This document shows, one piece after another, positions 25,101 to 38,870 of a stretch of DNA of 64,000 bases. The notes under the pieces were generated by a model, which was not told the DNA's origin, did not search any database, and saw nothing but the letters and a program-made list of their open reading frames with translations. Every line of letters begins with the position of its first letter. The stretch's first letter is position 1. Origin of the DNA: Isurus oxyrinchus. Taxonomy: Eukaryota. The DNA is taken from assembly GCA_026770705.1 (NCBI GenBank), contig JANJGN010000008.1, positions 161,882,001-161,946,000 of the forward strand, read 5' to 3'. Position numbers and translations under genes: made by a program.

Positions 25101-26487
25101 GCTTAATATCTGTTGTGGGGAAGTTGTTACATCACTCGTTATAGCAGTCACAGCTGGACACTTAGAAAAACACAAGGTGATCGGGAAGAGTCAGCATTGC
25201 TTCATGAAAGGGAAATCATGTTTAACCAATTTATTAGAGTTCTTTGAAAGAGTAACATATGCTGTGGATAAAGGGGAGCCTGTGGGCATACTATACTTGG
25301 ATTTCCAGAAGATATTTGATAAGGTACCATATCAAAGCTTATTGCAGAAAATAAAAGCTCAAGGTATAAGGGGTAACATCTTAGCCTGGATTGAGGATTG
25401 GCTGTTTGGTAGAAAACAGAGAATATGCATAAATGGGCCTTTGTCTAATTGGAAGGATGTCACTAGTGGAGTCCCACAGGGATCTGTGCTGGGCCCTCAA
25501 GTTTTTACAATTTACATCAATGACTTAGATGAGGTGAGCGAAGACATGGTAGTTAAATTTGCAGATGACACAAAGAGAGGTAGGAAAGTATGTTATGAAG
25601 AAGACATAAGGAGTTTGCAGATGGATATAGATAAGTTGAGTGAGTGGGCAAAAATCTGGCAGAGGGAGTTTAATGTGGGAAAACATGAAGTTGTTCATTT
25701 TGGCAGGAAGAATTAAAAAGCAGAGTATTACTTAAACTGAGAACAGCTGCAGAATTCCGAGGTGCAGAGGGATCTAGGTGTTCTGGTGTATGAGTCACAA
25801 AAAAGTTAGCCTGAACATACAGCATATAATCAAGAAGGCAAATGGAATGCTATCCTTTATTACAAGAAGAATTCAACATTGAAGTAAGGATGTTATGCTT
25901 CAGTTACACAGGGCATTGGTGAGACCACATCTCGAATACTATGTGCAGTTTTGGTCTCCTTATTAAAGAAGGGTGTAAATGCGTTGGAGGCAGTTCAAAG
26001 GAGGTTTACTAGTTTGATACATGGGATGAGGTGGTTATCTTATGAGGATAGGTTGGACAGGCTGGGCTTGTTTCCATTGTTTTTAGAAGTGAGGGTGACT
26101 TGATTGAAGTATATAAGACCCTGAATGGTCTTGACAAGGTGGCTGTGGAAAGGATGTTTCCTCTTGTGGGTGAGTCCAGAGCTAGGGGGCACGGTTTTAA
26201 AATTAGGGGCGCCCTTATATGACAGAGATGAGGGGAATTTTTGTTCTCTCACAGAGTTGTGTGACTTTGGAACTCTGTGCCTCAGAAGGGAGTGGAAGCG
26301 TGGTTATTGAAAATTTTTAAGGCAGAGGTGGATAGATTTTTGTTAGGCAAGGGAATCAAAGGTTATTGGGGGTAGTTTGGACTGTAGAACTCGAAACACA
26401 AACAGATCAACCATGATCTTTTTGAATGATGGAGCAGGCTCGAGCGGCTGAATGGACTACTTCTGTTCCTATCTCGTATGTTCGTAG
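22190..26487 (+). mobile_element. Near full-length decayed CR1 LINE (ORF1 zipper + SGNH esterase ~22515-23430; ORF2 APE-RT ~23620-26370); 5' limit uncertain
   Basis: ORF1: KCLRLEKLQLRVIELEAELQ, VVVVGDRTVRGID, VHVGANDIG, DGLHLN. ORF2: KALYLNMCSIHNK, PGPDRLHPRVLKE, YLDFQKIFDKV, GVPQGSVLGP, FADD. 3' end ctcgtatgttcgt. Confidence 0.92.
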
Positions 26488-27784
26488 TTCTTCACTGGAG
26501 CCACATAAACTAATCCCATTGCCCTATTCTTCCCCCATTGCCCTGTATCTCTGCTTTAAATGTTGATTCTTTTTCCATTAAAGGATGCAACTGTCTCTGC
26601 CTTAGCTACTCCCCATGGAGATTTTATAAATTGTTTTTTTTAAGACTATATTATATTACATAACTATCTAAAAAATAGTAGCAGACTGCTGATTAAAAAA
26701 AGCCCAGAGCTGTGCAATTTCATTTGAGATAAGTTAAAAGACCTACATCCAAAGCTTTGGTTTTCATTCAGTATTAAAGCTACATGTTAAAAATATTTTA
26801 TGCTTGATGCATTTTTCATTAAAGAAATGGATCAAGTTGAAAATGGGTTAACTTAATATTAAGTCTGCTTTCATCTAACATTGGCCCAGAACGTCAAAAT
26901 GCTGCTTAATTCTGTTAAGCTTCAAATATATTTATTGCAAGCTATGAGTATCATATGATATGCCAGAGACATGTCTATAGTGATTGAGTTTACCTTATTC
27001 TGAATTATGCATTGCTCTGGTGCACCAGACAGTAACTTCAAAGCATTTGGAAAGCTGGCTTGAACCTGACAAGGGAAGATGCTAAATTAGCATGCACAAT
27101 TAAAATAACACCATTGCTAAAAGGTCTTGTGTTAATGAATGTACCGCTATAAATCTTAATTCAACTCTCTCAAAATGTCAAACTGATGCCCCATTCATAT
27201 TGCGGAGCTATTATAGAACATACAGAAGCTCAAAATGTTGAATTATGATAACTTTTCATTATTAACCCCAGACCTTCCTCGAAGGGCTGAAGATCATTTG
27301 GTTAGCCTGTACAAGCGGGCTGAGTGCTGTGACATAACGCTGATGGTGTCAGACACCTATGTGCTTGTTTTAGATGAACACTGGGCTATCATTTCCTTTG
27401 GTGAAGGTGGTTGTCAGTGTGCTGTCTGCACTTTGTCAATATTCTCCCAATTACTTCACTGCTGTGGCTTTTTTTTTCTGCTGTGTGATGTCTAACTAGT
27501 GACTAAAGGACAACTGCAGAAGTACGTGATTTAGAAAGCTTGCATCAATTGTTTCCTATCCTGTTATATTCTCGCCACCATTCATAGAACATGATTAACT
27601 CCGTCAGCCCTGACTCATTTGGCTTTTCTGCCCTTCTCACACTTCCACATAAGTCTTTTGAAATACATCAAATGGTTCTTCTGACTTTTGTCATCTGAGC
27701 TGAATTTACATGAAAATCAGTTTAGAATGAGTTTTATTCAAAACTTACTTGCCAAACCATCGCTTGTCAAAAGACCGCCTCCCA

Positions 27785-27890
27785 TAACATTCACCCTTCT
27801 TTCCACAGATGCTGCTTGATGTGCTGAGAGTTTCTAGCTTGGTCTATTTTTTGTTTCAGGCTTCCAGCATCTGTGTTCTTTCCCTTTTTG
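27785..27890 (+). repeat. Old single-arm fragment of the Penelope-like repeat
   Basis: ccacagatgctgcttgatgtgctgagagtttctagc...ttccagcatctg matches the palindrome arms; no hammerhead core. Confidence 0.55.
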
Positions 27891-27959
27891 TTCACAGGAA
27901 TTTCTAACCTTTAATTAACTTCACAAACATTCCAAGCTAACGAAGCTCCTGGATGGTCC

Positions 27960-28685
27960 TTAAGGGCTACAGGAACAGAGAGATCTGTGGGGGGGGGGGG
28001 GGGTGGGGGGGGGGGTTTATGTATATCAAACTTTCAATTTGGCAGGGCAAGTTGATAAATCTGTTTAAAAAAAAAAGCATTTGGGATTCTTGGGCTTATT
28101 GATGGAGGCACAGAGCACAAAAACCATCATTTATAAAATATGGGTTAGCCCTCTGCTGGAATATTGTGTCCAATTCTGGGCACACATTGCTGGGAGGATG
28201 TCAAGGCTTTAGAGAAGATGTAGGAGAGATTCCCCAGAATGGTGCCAACAATGAGCGACTTCAGTTATGCGGAGAGACTTAAGAAGCTGGGGTTGTTCTC
28301 CTCAGAGTAGAGAAGGTTATGAGGGGATTTAATAGTGGTGTTCAAAATCATGAAGGGTTTTGATAGAGTAAATAAGGAGAAACTGTTTCCAGTGGCACAA
28401 AGGGGTTAACCAGAGGATACAGATCCAAGGCCATTGGCAAAAGAACCAGGGGTGACAATTTTAACTCAGTGAGTTATGATCTGGAATGCACCACCAAAGA
28501 AGGGCGATGGAAGGAGATTCAATATTAACTTTAAATATAAGATAGATACTGGAAGGGGGTAAAATACAGAGTTACAGGGAAAGAGCAGGAAAGTGGGATT
28601 AACAGGATAGCACAACCAAAGAGCCGATGCAGGCACAATGGGTCGAATGGTCTCCTTCTGTGCTGCATTATTCTGTGATTCTATA
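27960..28685 (+). mobile_element. 5'-truncated CR1 LINE
   Basis: ctggaatattgtgtccaattctggg (LEYCVQFW), LRGDLI-like region and CR1-type 3' end. Confidence 0.8.
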
Positions 28686-28704
28686 TGCAATGGAAACCAG
28701 CAGT

Positions 28705-28892
28705 TCAAAACAGATCACCTGGGCATTATCACATTGCTGTTTGTTGGAGCTTGCTGTACACACATTCGCTGCCACATTTTCCACATTGTAGCAGTGACTA
28801 AACATCAAAAGAACTTGTTTGGCTGGAAAGTGCATAGGAAAGTCCTGAGGTTGTGAAAGGCCCGATAGAAATGCAAGTCTTTCTTTTTTCTT
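28705..28892 (+). mobile_element. 3' part of a Deu-domain (SacSINE1-like) SINE with L2-type tail
   Basis: attatcacattgctgtttgttggagcttgctgt...gaggttgtgaaaggc..tagaaatgcaagtctttc; similar to 62900-63070. Family name from recall. Confidence 0.55.
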
Positions 28893-29922
28893 TTAATGGG
28901 CCCATACCGTTAAGTAAAAGTCTGGATATCAGTGATGGATAGGATTACGATTAGGCTTGAATTCATCTCACCAGCAAAGGGCCATATTCAATTCTAATAT
29001 AACACCAGCTCCTTCCCAAAACCATCAAGACTGTTGCTGCTGGCTGAATGCATCAGTATTCTATGCTGCTATGCAGCAGTGGAGTGGTGAGAGAATAATC
29101 TGCTCCTCGTTTTGTATGCAGGCTCTGTCCTTTGCTAGTGAACATTAAGCCATCGCACACAATCATGACCGTCCAGGCGTTTGACAAGTTCGACCAAACC
29201 TGAAGAGGCTGCTTCTTGTTCGGAGAAATTAGGCTATTTAAATTTTGATATTTAAGTCTTTAAGAGCTGAGAATAGTGCCTCTGTCATAATGTTGACTAT
29301 TCCCAGGACACTGATGTTTCACTGATGAAAGGTATTCATTAAAATGCTCAATCTGGATAACTATTGGCTATTTGTTACTGCAGTCATGTTGCTAATACAA
29401 ATTATTCATTATTTCTGCACCCCCTTCCCAGAGATGTACTTACTAGTCTCAATAAGTTAGCCAGCTCAAACAGGAGATGAGAATGAATACCTGCTGTCGG
29501 TCTTAGTTAGATACTGAGATGGGCAGACAAGAACTGACAGACTTATAATGAAATGACGTGAGTTCACAGACATTCTGACTGTTGAGAATATTTCTGCCTT
29601 AGTGTTGCTAAGAATGGAAACAATACATAAATTTTTTATGGGTTTTCTTATGAAATAATTAAAATCATATTTTAAATGAACTATTGCGTGGGCTGAAATA
29701 TTCAAGAAAGTAAAGTAGCAGAATGCAATTGAACAGAAAGAAAGGCTCATCAGCACACCCTTACGTAGAGCTGAATTTGAACAGAGGAGGCAATTTTATA
29801 ATTAACATATAGTTAAGATGAATCCTGTTTTTGAAGCTTTGTGATATTATTTCCTCTGATTGTAAAGGCTGCCCCTCGTAGCAGAAGCAAGAGGAAACTT
29901 ACGACAACACTGTTTAAAATCA

Positions 29923-30148
29923 TAAAAACAAAAAACTGCGGATGCTGGAAATCCAAAACAAAAACAGAATTACTTGGAAAAACTCAGCAGGTCTGGCAGC
30001 ATCGACGGAGAAGAAGAGAGTTGACGTTTCGAGTCCTCATGACCCTTCAACAGAACTGAGTTCTGTTGAAGGGTCATGAGGACTCGAAACGTCAACTCTT
30101 TTCTTCTCCGCCGATGCTGCCAGACCTGCTGAGTTTTTCCAGGTAATT
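29923..30148. mobile_element. Palindromic Penelope-like element with hammerhead motifs, copy 2
   Basis: Near-perfect inverted arms centred at 30058. 13-bp TSD ctgtttaaaatca at 29910-29922 and 30149-30161. Confidence 0.85.
30058..30098 (+). ncRNA. Minimal type I hammerhead ribozyme motif (mirror copy on minus strand 30019-30057)
   Basis: Stem I gagtt/aactc; core CUGUUGA(A); stem II gggtc-atgag-gactc; GAAAC; GUC cleavage triplet at 30091-30093. Stem III (ACGU) can form only as a dimer. The core has U at the usual A6. Confidence 0.65.
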
Positions 30149-30833
30149 CTGTTTAAAATCAGGCTGGGCTTCTGTCGAGTGTCTTGTTTTCTTGATGCCG
30201 CCCGAATGGGGACACACAGTGAGGAAAAACAGAAAGGGGAGAAAATGCAAAAAAAAAAAATCTTAAAAAGTTAACAAAAGAGGTACGATTAATTAAAGAT
30301 CTCTGTCAGCCAGCACCAGCTGCTCAATTTGAAACTCTTGATCAGATTAAGGGAACTTTGGTGCAAAAACAGAAGGATCTGCAAAAGCCACCAGGTCATT
30401 CAGCTTCTGCGGAGTGAACAGTCAACATTTTGGGGGGGGGGGGGGTCATACCTTTTGCAAGACTGGAAAATATAGGAGACACAAGAATATTATCAGAATT
30501 AGATAAAAGACGGAGGGGAGGGAAAAAGGAAATAGTGAGGAAGTATCTATGGATTGTCTGGTAGATGAGGTTGCTGATCATTCTCAGTCATCTAATAAAA
30601 CGTATTATAGAAACAAAAGACATTAAAGAAACATGATAAGTGGGAGGCCAAAGAAAAGTGCAACAAAATGTGAGCGATTGTGAACCTTGGGTGAAGAACT
30701 ATATTTCAGTAAAATAGAGTTCAATTCTGAAGATTGCCATTTTAAATGTTGAATATCTGACAACGGCTATCGCTCAAAACAGATGCTATTCTCCTTGGGG
30801 AGGTGAATTCCCTCCCGTCTAGTTTTACCAGTA

Positions 30834-32034
30834 CAGGAGATCCTCGCTGAACGTTGTTAACTAGCTCTGGGAAAGCACGTTATGTGAAACACCATGCAAT
30901 GTTACAAACGGGAGTTACGTTCCTGGGAGAAGGCTTTTGGAATATACATTACTGTACAAACATTAAGAAAACATAGAAAACATCAACAATAAATTTATCG
31001 TACCATGAGAAAGCTACAAAATCAAAACTTGGATACTCACTCGGCTGTGAAGCCTTGTCTCAGTAATGGGAATGGATGAGTGATGGTGAAGGCGGGTTTT
31101 AGTGGAGATTGGGAAGATTATTTTGGAGGGCGATTAAAAGGGTTTTTTTTGAGGACGATTAGTAGGATCCTTTGCAGCATCCTTTGGAGGATTCTTTGAA
31201 GTGGGACTTATAAAGAATTTTTCCAGTGACAGCTGCGCATCTGCTTTTTTTTCTTTTCTCTGTAGAGTTCCTTGTGGCATTTGACTGCATTGTTAATGCT
31301 TGTGATCACTCTTGAACTAAGCTGTCAGGGTCTTCTTCATCAAACCTGGCCATTGCCTCTTCAAACTTGTGCAAGGCACCACCAAAGCTAAATGTCTTGG
31401 TTGGTTGTTCTTCTTGCTCATCTTCCTCCTCCTCTGTTGTTCCATTTTTTTTTTAAGGTCCTTGGTGGACAATACCATGGGAGGTAAGCAACTCTGCAAC
31501 ATCCTCGGTGTTTAGCTCATCCAATCCAATTTGCTTCCTCATTTCCACACAATTGTCTTGGATTTTCTCAACAGGCTCCACAATGCCCTAGGCTCTAACA
31601 CTAATTTGCTACAACTTTCTCCACACACCACAATTCAAGGCAACCAAGATGGTGATGATGGATAACTGCTGTTTTGCCTTCTTCACACACTGGGGTGGCG
31701 CACACTCCACCTGTCAACACACTGTACGAGGCGATGAGTGTTTAGCCAGCAGTCTTTTTAAAAGGACCACTGGAGACCACTACACAACACTGACACCTGG
31801 GCCAAGCAAAATAAAAATCTAGGCTGCTTCCAATATGTCTGCCTGCCAAGATTGCTTCTCCCTACCTCACCCCAGGCCCAGCACTCGCAGGCTCAATATG
31901 GAGTTATGTGAGAATGCTCAGGCATTTGGTGACATTAATACAGGGCAGCAGCAACACAATGTGAATGCAGGGTATCAGACTGACGTTAATGCAAAATGAG
32001 GCTTTGTGGGACAACGTTGAGTGAGGATTTCCTG
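30834..32034 (-). mobile_element. Internally deleted Tigger/pogo-like DNA transposon
   Basis: 23-bp TIRs caggagatcctcgctgaacgttg / caacgttgagtgaggatttcctg (20/23), with TA on the left flank. Minus-strand transposase C-terminus remnant VWRKL..VEKIQDNCVEMRKQIGLDELNTEDVAELLTSH..FDEEDPD..QLSLEKFF. Confidence 0.8.
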
Positions 32035-32946
32035 TGATAGTAAGGCTGACTGTAAATCAGCAGTGATTTTTTCATTAAAATTATTGACAGGACGGTTTTC
32101 ACACTGATCCTTTTTTAGCTGTCAGGTTGGAAAATAACTAACTTATATGACATTTTTAATATAGTGAAATGTACCAAGGCACTTGAAAGGAGCATGATCA
32201 AGCAAAATTTGACAGCGAGCCACGTTAGGAGATATTATCCCAGACTGTCGGACTGTCACCTTTTTGCATTTGTGCAGAATCTTTCTTTTTGTTTATTATT
32301 CTTTGTTCATAATGGTTTGCTTAAATGCACAAGTGGAGCTTTTGCCTGTTTAAGTGTGATGTGATGGTTTTGTGTTGGGCTAAATACTCCCGTTTCTGCT
32401 TATATTTACCCATTAACAACTCAGCCCAATATATGGCTCAACCCTTCGATGTCTGCCTTGCTTAACATTTAAAATCTTGGTTTATGCTTTCCCCTCTCAA
32501 ACTCAATATCAAAGTCAATCATTGTGTGGTCACGACATTTGCAAGCTATTTCCTTATAGTCAGATTCATATCTAATTCTGCTCATTATTAGCACTAAATC
32601 TTGTATGTCCTTATCCCTTGGCAGTCATTAAACCTAATCCTCCAGCAAACTGCCCCAAATACAAACAAGAAAGTCACTGCTGTTCGTAGATGGTCTGCTT
32701 TTTCCAGGTTTGAAAAGTAAGATCTTCTACTATAGTCGCATCTGGGAAACATGGCAGAAACAATCTCCATATTTAAACATGTCCCTCACTACCCCATTGT
32801 CAACTCCCAAAGTCCTGCATCCTTTACTGTTAATGAGGTCTATCAAATCGGAGGAAAGCAGCACCAATTATAAATCTGATAGCTCCTAAATTTGGCAGAG
32901 AAACAGTTCTTCAGGGACAGTAAGGTAGCTGTAATTATTGCTCCTG

Positions 32947-32949
<3 letters not shown>

Positions 32950-32993
<44 letters not shown>
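32950..32993. repeat. (TA)n microsatellite
   Basis: About 22 uninterrupted TA units. Confidence 0.98.
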
Positions 32994-32997
<4 letters not shown>

Positions 32998-34113
32998 TCA
33001 TCCTTACTCTAGGACTCCCATTCAGTCCCTCTTGTACATGTCTTTGTCCCAGATTCACAGAGGGACTGCCATACATCCATGATGTCTTTCAGAGATCAAG
33101 CTACAGACAAACTGTAGGTTTAGTTTTGCATGGAGGCTATGCTGAGAGCACAGCTAGTAGTCAGGATAGGTTGCTTGTAAGGGAAAATCGCAGAATGCGA
33201 AGTGTAGCTGGTACAGTGACCTGGAAACAGTAAAAGCAGAGTGAACAGCAGAAACAAAGACATCCTCTAGCAATCTAGCATTAATGTAGACAGCTTGGAA
33301 AATTTCACAGCTGATCGCATGAGTTGTTGAGCAGTGATGCATGATGGTATGAGCATCAACATAATCCTTTGTGAAGTGACAGCAGAAACATGAACAGTGG
33401 TAGTCTGTTTACCCTTAACAGGCTACTTGGATCTATGAAATGTGTAATAAAGCTTACAATTGAAGCCAATGCAAGAATAGTCAAAACTGATCTCTTCTTC
33501 AATGAGAATTATTACCTTTGAATGTAAAAAGGTCCCACTATGCCTTAAATTATTAAATTTTAGTTAAATGTTTTTCCACATTTACTTTTAACATATTAAT
33601 AAAATGTTGAGCGAATAATACAATGGGAAACTGAGCACTTGAATTTGTCTCCTCTGGCTGCATCAAATACAACACCAGCAGGTTTGGGCCAACTCATGGA
33701 AAACATCCAGGGTTTAAAAGGTTTGCTCATTAAACTCTTCAACAAACCATTTGTTTTGTATCTATGAATAGACCAACTATTTACATTACAGTAGCTCAAC
33801 CATACCAATAAGGCAATAAATAGACTACAACCGGTCATCACACTTACCTTCCCCCAATCTCATTCTCACTTATTTCTGGATCTACATTGCCAGCCCAAGT
33901 GTAGGAACACAAATGTAAGGCATCGCTGCCAATATGGCACTCACTCAATACTGCACTTCATTGCAGACTTGGGTTTCATGTTCAAATCCTAGGGTGATCT
34001 ACAAACGCCTTCAACCTTCTCTTGTAAGGTGTTCATGTCTATCGCCTCCTCTTTAAATCTAATGTAGGGATATTTAACAAATGTTAGAAATGAAGTGAGT
34101 GTGCTGATCTAAA

Positions 34114-34317
34114 TTAAAAATAGAAAACACTGGAAATATTCAGCAGGTCAGGCAGTATCTGTGGAGAGGAACAGTTAACGTTTAAGGTCATCACGAAAGC
34201 TCATCATTGACCTGAAATATTAGCTCTTTCTCACCACAGATGTTGCCTGGCCTGCTGAATATTTCCAGAATTTTCTGTTTTTCTTTCCGATTTCAAGCAT
34301 CTGCAGTGTTTTGCTTT
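34114..34317. mobile_element. Old, diverged palindromic Penelope-like element, copy 3
   Basis: Inverted arms (ctggaaatattcagcaggtcaggcag / gttgcctggcctgctgaatatttccag) with a decayed centre. Possible TSD tgatctaaa/tgagctaaa. Confidence 0.7.
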
Positions 34318-34619
34318 TGAGCTAAACCAAATGTTTAATCGAAACACTCGGGACTCTTGGAGCAGGCGGAGGTCACAAACAGTTCAGAAAAACAGAAGTA
34401 GCTATTTTTAAAAAAGAAACTTGTCTGCATCTATGGCACTAGCTTATGATTTATTTATTTGAGAAGATAACTACATTTAGAAACTGAGGTTTTTGAGTTT
34501 TTGTTTTATGACTTTAGTTTGGCTACGGCTGAATTAGGGGCAGAGTGAGAGGACATTGTGTTCTTGGACTGCTTGGCAATGGCAAGGCATATGACTTACA
34601 GCCAGGGAACTTAATTTAG

Positions 34620-35145
34620 AAGCAATTAGAAGTAGTTCAGAGAGGATTTACCGTTAGCAGCAGTGCAGGAGTGGTTTACTAAACTAACAACAGGAATGGG
34701 TGGCTGTCTTATGAGGAAGGGCTTGGACAGGTTAGGCTTGTATCCACTGGAGTTTAGAAGAGAAACAAGTGACCTGACTGACACCTTTAAGATCCTGAGA
34801 GGTCTTGACAGGGTGGACGCGGAGAGGACGTTTCCTTTTGTGGGAGAATCCAGAACTAGGGGTCACTGTTTAAAAAGAAGGGATTGTCCATTTAAAATGG
34901 AGATGAGAGGAATTTTTTTCTCTCAAGAGGGTTGAGAGTCTTTGGAACTCTTTTCCTCAAAAAGCAGTAAAAGCAGAGTCTTTGAATATATTTAAGGTGG
35001 AGGTAGATAGATTCTTGGTTATCAAGGGGGTAAAAGGTCATCAGGGATAGGCGGGAGATGACAATCAAATCAGCCACAATCTCACTGAGTGGCAGAACAG
35101 GCTCGAGGGGTTGTGGACTACACCTGCTAATTCGTGTGTGCGTTT
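34620..35145 (+). mobile_element. CR1 LINE 3' fragment
   Basis: LDRLGLYPLEFRR..DLTDTFKILRGLDRVDAERTFPFVGESRTRGH. Confidence 0.85.
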
Positions 35146-37385
35146 GTAATTTACTCTACTTGGAGCTGTTAATTTTATCTATCCTGAGTAAAGGGACAGA
35201 CATTTCATTAGGCAACTTTGTGGTCTCCATCAAAGGGCCAATGCCAGTAGCTCCTCACTTCCATAAAGCTTTTTTTTGGGGACACTATTACATAATCTGC
35301 TTTAATGATTGTTGCTTGAAAAAGAAAAAATATTCCTACAGCATGCAATGTTAAATTGTTTGTATTACATTTAGAACTGGTTTGCATTAAATCTTAGACT
35401 GGCTCTAAATCTATGAGCATTGGTAATGGTACTCATCAATAAATTCCCTATAAACAATAGGACATTTATGGTTATTACATAACCTTTACCCCACCCAAGC
35501 TAAATCACTGTTGAGCCATATTCTAGGATAGAAGTTCCTTCCTTTCCCAGCCCCACTATGGGACTGGTGGATGGGTTGTAAATTGAGCAATGCTCTTACT
35601 GTATGAAACTCAAGCTCCCTTCTCAATATATCTGTCTAAAATTGACCATTAATTACCACTTTTTTCCCCTGAGAGCCTGATCACATGACCATTAATTACC
35701 TAATTTTTCCACATGACCACTATTTTTGGGGGATGAAAAGGAGGCTTTTTCCTAAACCCTGACTTTACACCTCTAACCAAAGCTCACTCTCCTCTCCCTG
35801 GAAAATAGCTGCCACTTGAGCCTTTCTACCTAACTTGGTAGTGGTGACAAAGATTATTTTGTCGGAGAGTATAAAATGACTTTTGTTTGTAGAATAAAAG
35901 CAATGCAATTCCAATAAAACAACACAGTTGCCAAGTTATATTATCTGCTAGTTCTAAATGAATGGAGTGGATTAGGTGTACAATGACCCAGATCCCATTA
36001 TATTGAATTTATTCAACATTGGCAACAAGTTCAACATAATTAATCAAAACTCGAGCAAATATTCGATTATTCACATTTTAACAAACAAAGGTAAACATAG
36101 AATTAACAATGATGCTACACTTTGCTGACATTATTCAGCGAGGTAGTGTGTTAAATCTGAATCAAGATGGAAAATACAAGTACGTGATCTCTTAAAATGT
36201 GCAATATATCAAAGCAACAAGGACTATAGAATCTTAACAACTCTACCTTCAACTTAAAATAGCATAATTAAAAGATCAATTTTCGGATCCTGCATTTCAG
36301 TTCCAATATATGTTATGGGCCCATACTGACTGGATATCAAACTGGAAAGTCATAAAGCCAGCTTCAGACTACGCTTTCCGAATACTTTACAGTGCAGTGA
36401 AACTTCTTTATGGCTATTTCCTACTCATTTTCATCCACTGGTTAGGAATAATTTTAAAAAATTATTGCTGAGTCTCCCATTTTAATATGGTTTCTGTCCT
36501 TTACGTCAGTCACCCCTGGCACCATTCCCTCACAAGGCAAGCAAACAATTTGCTCTGTAATTTGTCTCCAGCTGCTGCACTGCAGAATCTGTCCTGCATT
36601 TTTTCAGACCATGCCCTTGGCACCCTGCCCACACCCACCCCCCCTCCCCACCCCCCCCAAACTAGATAGGGCATACATAATCACTCTGTTCTAAAAGTAG
36701 AAATGTTTAATGTGTCCCATATTACATTGCTGTGCGCATTTCTTTTTAAGATCAGGTGACTGTCAGCGCTAAGCCGTTGCTTTTAATAATGAGCCTTAAA
36801 TTATTTGTTTTTAAAAATAGTATGCACTGTGTAGTGCGAACACTATGGGGCCATTTTGACTTTGGTCCGTAGCAAATTGGGAGATATAAAAAAAAATAGG
36901 CTTCCCGTTTGCTAGTTCCCAGTTCACAATGCCCCAAAAACTACCCCTATAATGGCTTGCATATGAACATTGTCAGTTTGGGATTTCTCCACCAAATCAC
37001 TCAAATTCAATAGCAACGACGGACAATTGCTAAGACAAACCAGAATAAGATAAAATATGATTAAAACTTTAAAAAAAATCAAAACATTAAAAATTAAATC
37101 AATACAGAACTATAAGCATTTGGGTCCAATCATCAGCTTCCACGTATGCTAGTGTCACACGTCTTCTCCTTGTCCTAGAATTTTTGTTTCATGCTACAGG
37201 GGGCAAGTGGAAGGCAAGTGGTGGACTGATGAAAGGAAATGAACAATGGCGATTATGATATCAACAGTTGCAACATCAGTGAGGGCCCCAGGCGAGGTAC
37301 CACTTAAAAAGATCTGTATATAATCACAGATATACAAGACTGAACAAAGGCAGCTTTAAAAATAAGTAATTCAGTTTGCCTGCCC

Positions 37386-37526
37386 TTAAGCAGTTGCTTT
37401 AAAATGGGCCTCAATTTGTTCCAGTGTTTTTCCTTTTGTTTCAGGAACAAAGAAAATTGTGAAGAGCAGGTTCATGAGGCAGAAACTGGAAAAGAGCCAG
37501 AAGGTCCCATATTGAGTAATGTTCTC
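37386..37526 (-). CDS. SLC2A8: GLUT8 exon 10 (last coding exon)
   Basis: tttttag|[46 protein letters not shown]; PETKG motif. Confidence 0.95.
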   Translation of the reverse strand, partial: ENITQYGTFWLFSSFCLMNLLFTIFFVPETKGKTLEQIEAHFKATA

Positions 37527-37779
37527 CTAAAAAAAGGAAAAATTTGTGACTTCCCAGTAAAAACACACATAGGTATGTAAACACTTAAAGGAAGATCCGA
37601 AGGTTTCCGCATAAGATAAGTACATAAAATAATTTCATAATGAGCATGCCCTTCATTAATACAAAATTATGGTAATAAATTTTCATCCCTTTCTCCAAGT
37701 GCTGCAGTGATCTCACAACTTGAAGCAAGCCACATATATTCTATTTGGAACAGCTGCTGCATTACTGTCTACGAGTCTG

Positions 37780-38630
37780 CCAGGGGAATGAGAAAGGTAA
37801 AGCGAGTGGGCAAAAAATTGGCAGATGGAATATTATATTAAGTTGTCCACTTTGGTGGGAAGAATGGAAAAGCAGAACATTAATTCAGTGGAGAGAGAAT
37901 GCAGAATGCTATGCTACAGAAAGATCATGTCCTCACACATGAATCACGAGAAGTTAATATGCATGTATGGCAAGCAATTAGGAAGGCAAATAGAATGTTA
38001 ATTTTTATTGCAAGAGGGACAGAGTATAAAAGTAGGGAATTCTTGCTACAACTATACAGGGCATTGGTGAGACCGCATCTAGAGTGCTGCATACAGTTTT
38101 GGTCTCTGTAAGGAGAGATATACTTGCATTAGAGGCAGCTCAGAGAAGCTTCACTAGGCTGATTCCTGGGATGAAAGTTTGTCTTATGAGGAAAGACTGA
38201 GCTGCTTGGGCCAGTACTCACTGGAGTTTAGAAGAATGAGAGGTGATCTTATTGAAACATAAAAGATTCTGAGGGGTCTTGACAAGGTAGATGCGGAGAG
38301 GATGTTTTCCCTCGAGGTGGGGGGAATCTAGAACTAGGGGGCACAATTTCAAAATAAAGGGTCTCATTTAGTATGGAGGTGAGGAGGAATTTCCTCTCCT
38401 GGAGGGCCCTTAAATCTTTGGCAATCTGTACCCCAGAGAGCAGTGGGGCCTGGGTTATTGAATAGATTTAAGGCTGAGATTGACAGATTTTTGATCTACA
38501 AGGGGAATCAAACATTATGGAGCCTGGCATGAAAGTGGAGTTGAGGCCACAATTAGATCAGCCATGATCTTATTGAATGGCAGAGCAAGCTCAATGGGCC
38601 AATTGGTTTACTCCTGCTCATGTTCTTATT
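37780..38630 (+). mobile_element. 5'-truncated CR1 LINE in intron 9
   Basis: IRKANRMLIFIARGTEYKSREFLLQLYRALVRPHLECCIQFWS, with CR1 3' end. Confidence 0.88.
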
Positions 38631-38870
38631 CTAAATAAAGTCAAAAATTCAGTCATGTGATAAAGTTTAAAAAAAAACCTCTGTGTAGTGGGGTACAAAT
38701 CTAACTTTTTAATATTAACATTTAAAAATTCTGAATCTACAAACGGTAAGGAACATGTCTTTTTATTTCTGTTGGACTGGGGATTAAGATTACAATGGCT
38801 GCAGGTTGAAAGACATGTCCACTGGAACTGGATGAGAGAAATATTCAACATTGCAGGCTAGAACAGAGTG

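Noticed and set aside
27989-28015. G-rich runs (also 23063, 30432, 50732, 52773) as G-quadruplex elements
   Set aside because: Simple homopolymer tracts, several inside decayed repeats; no evidence of function.
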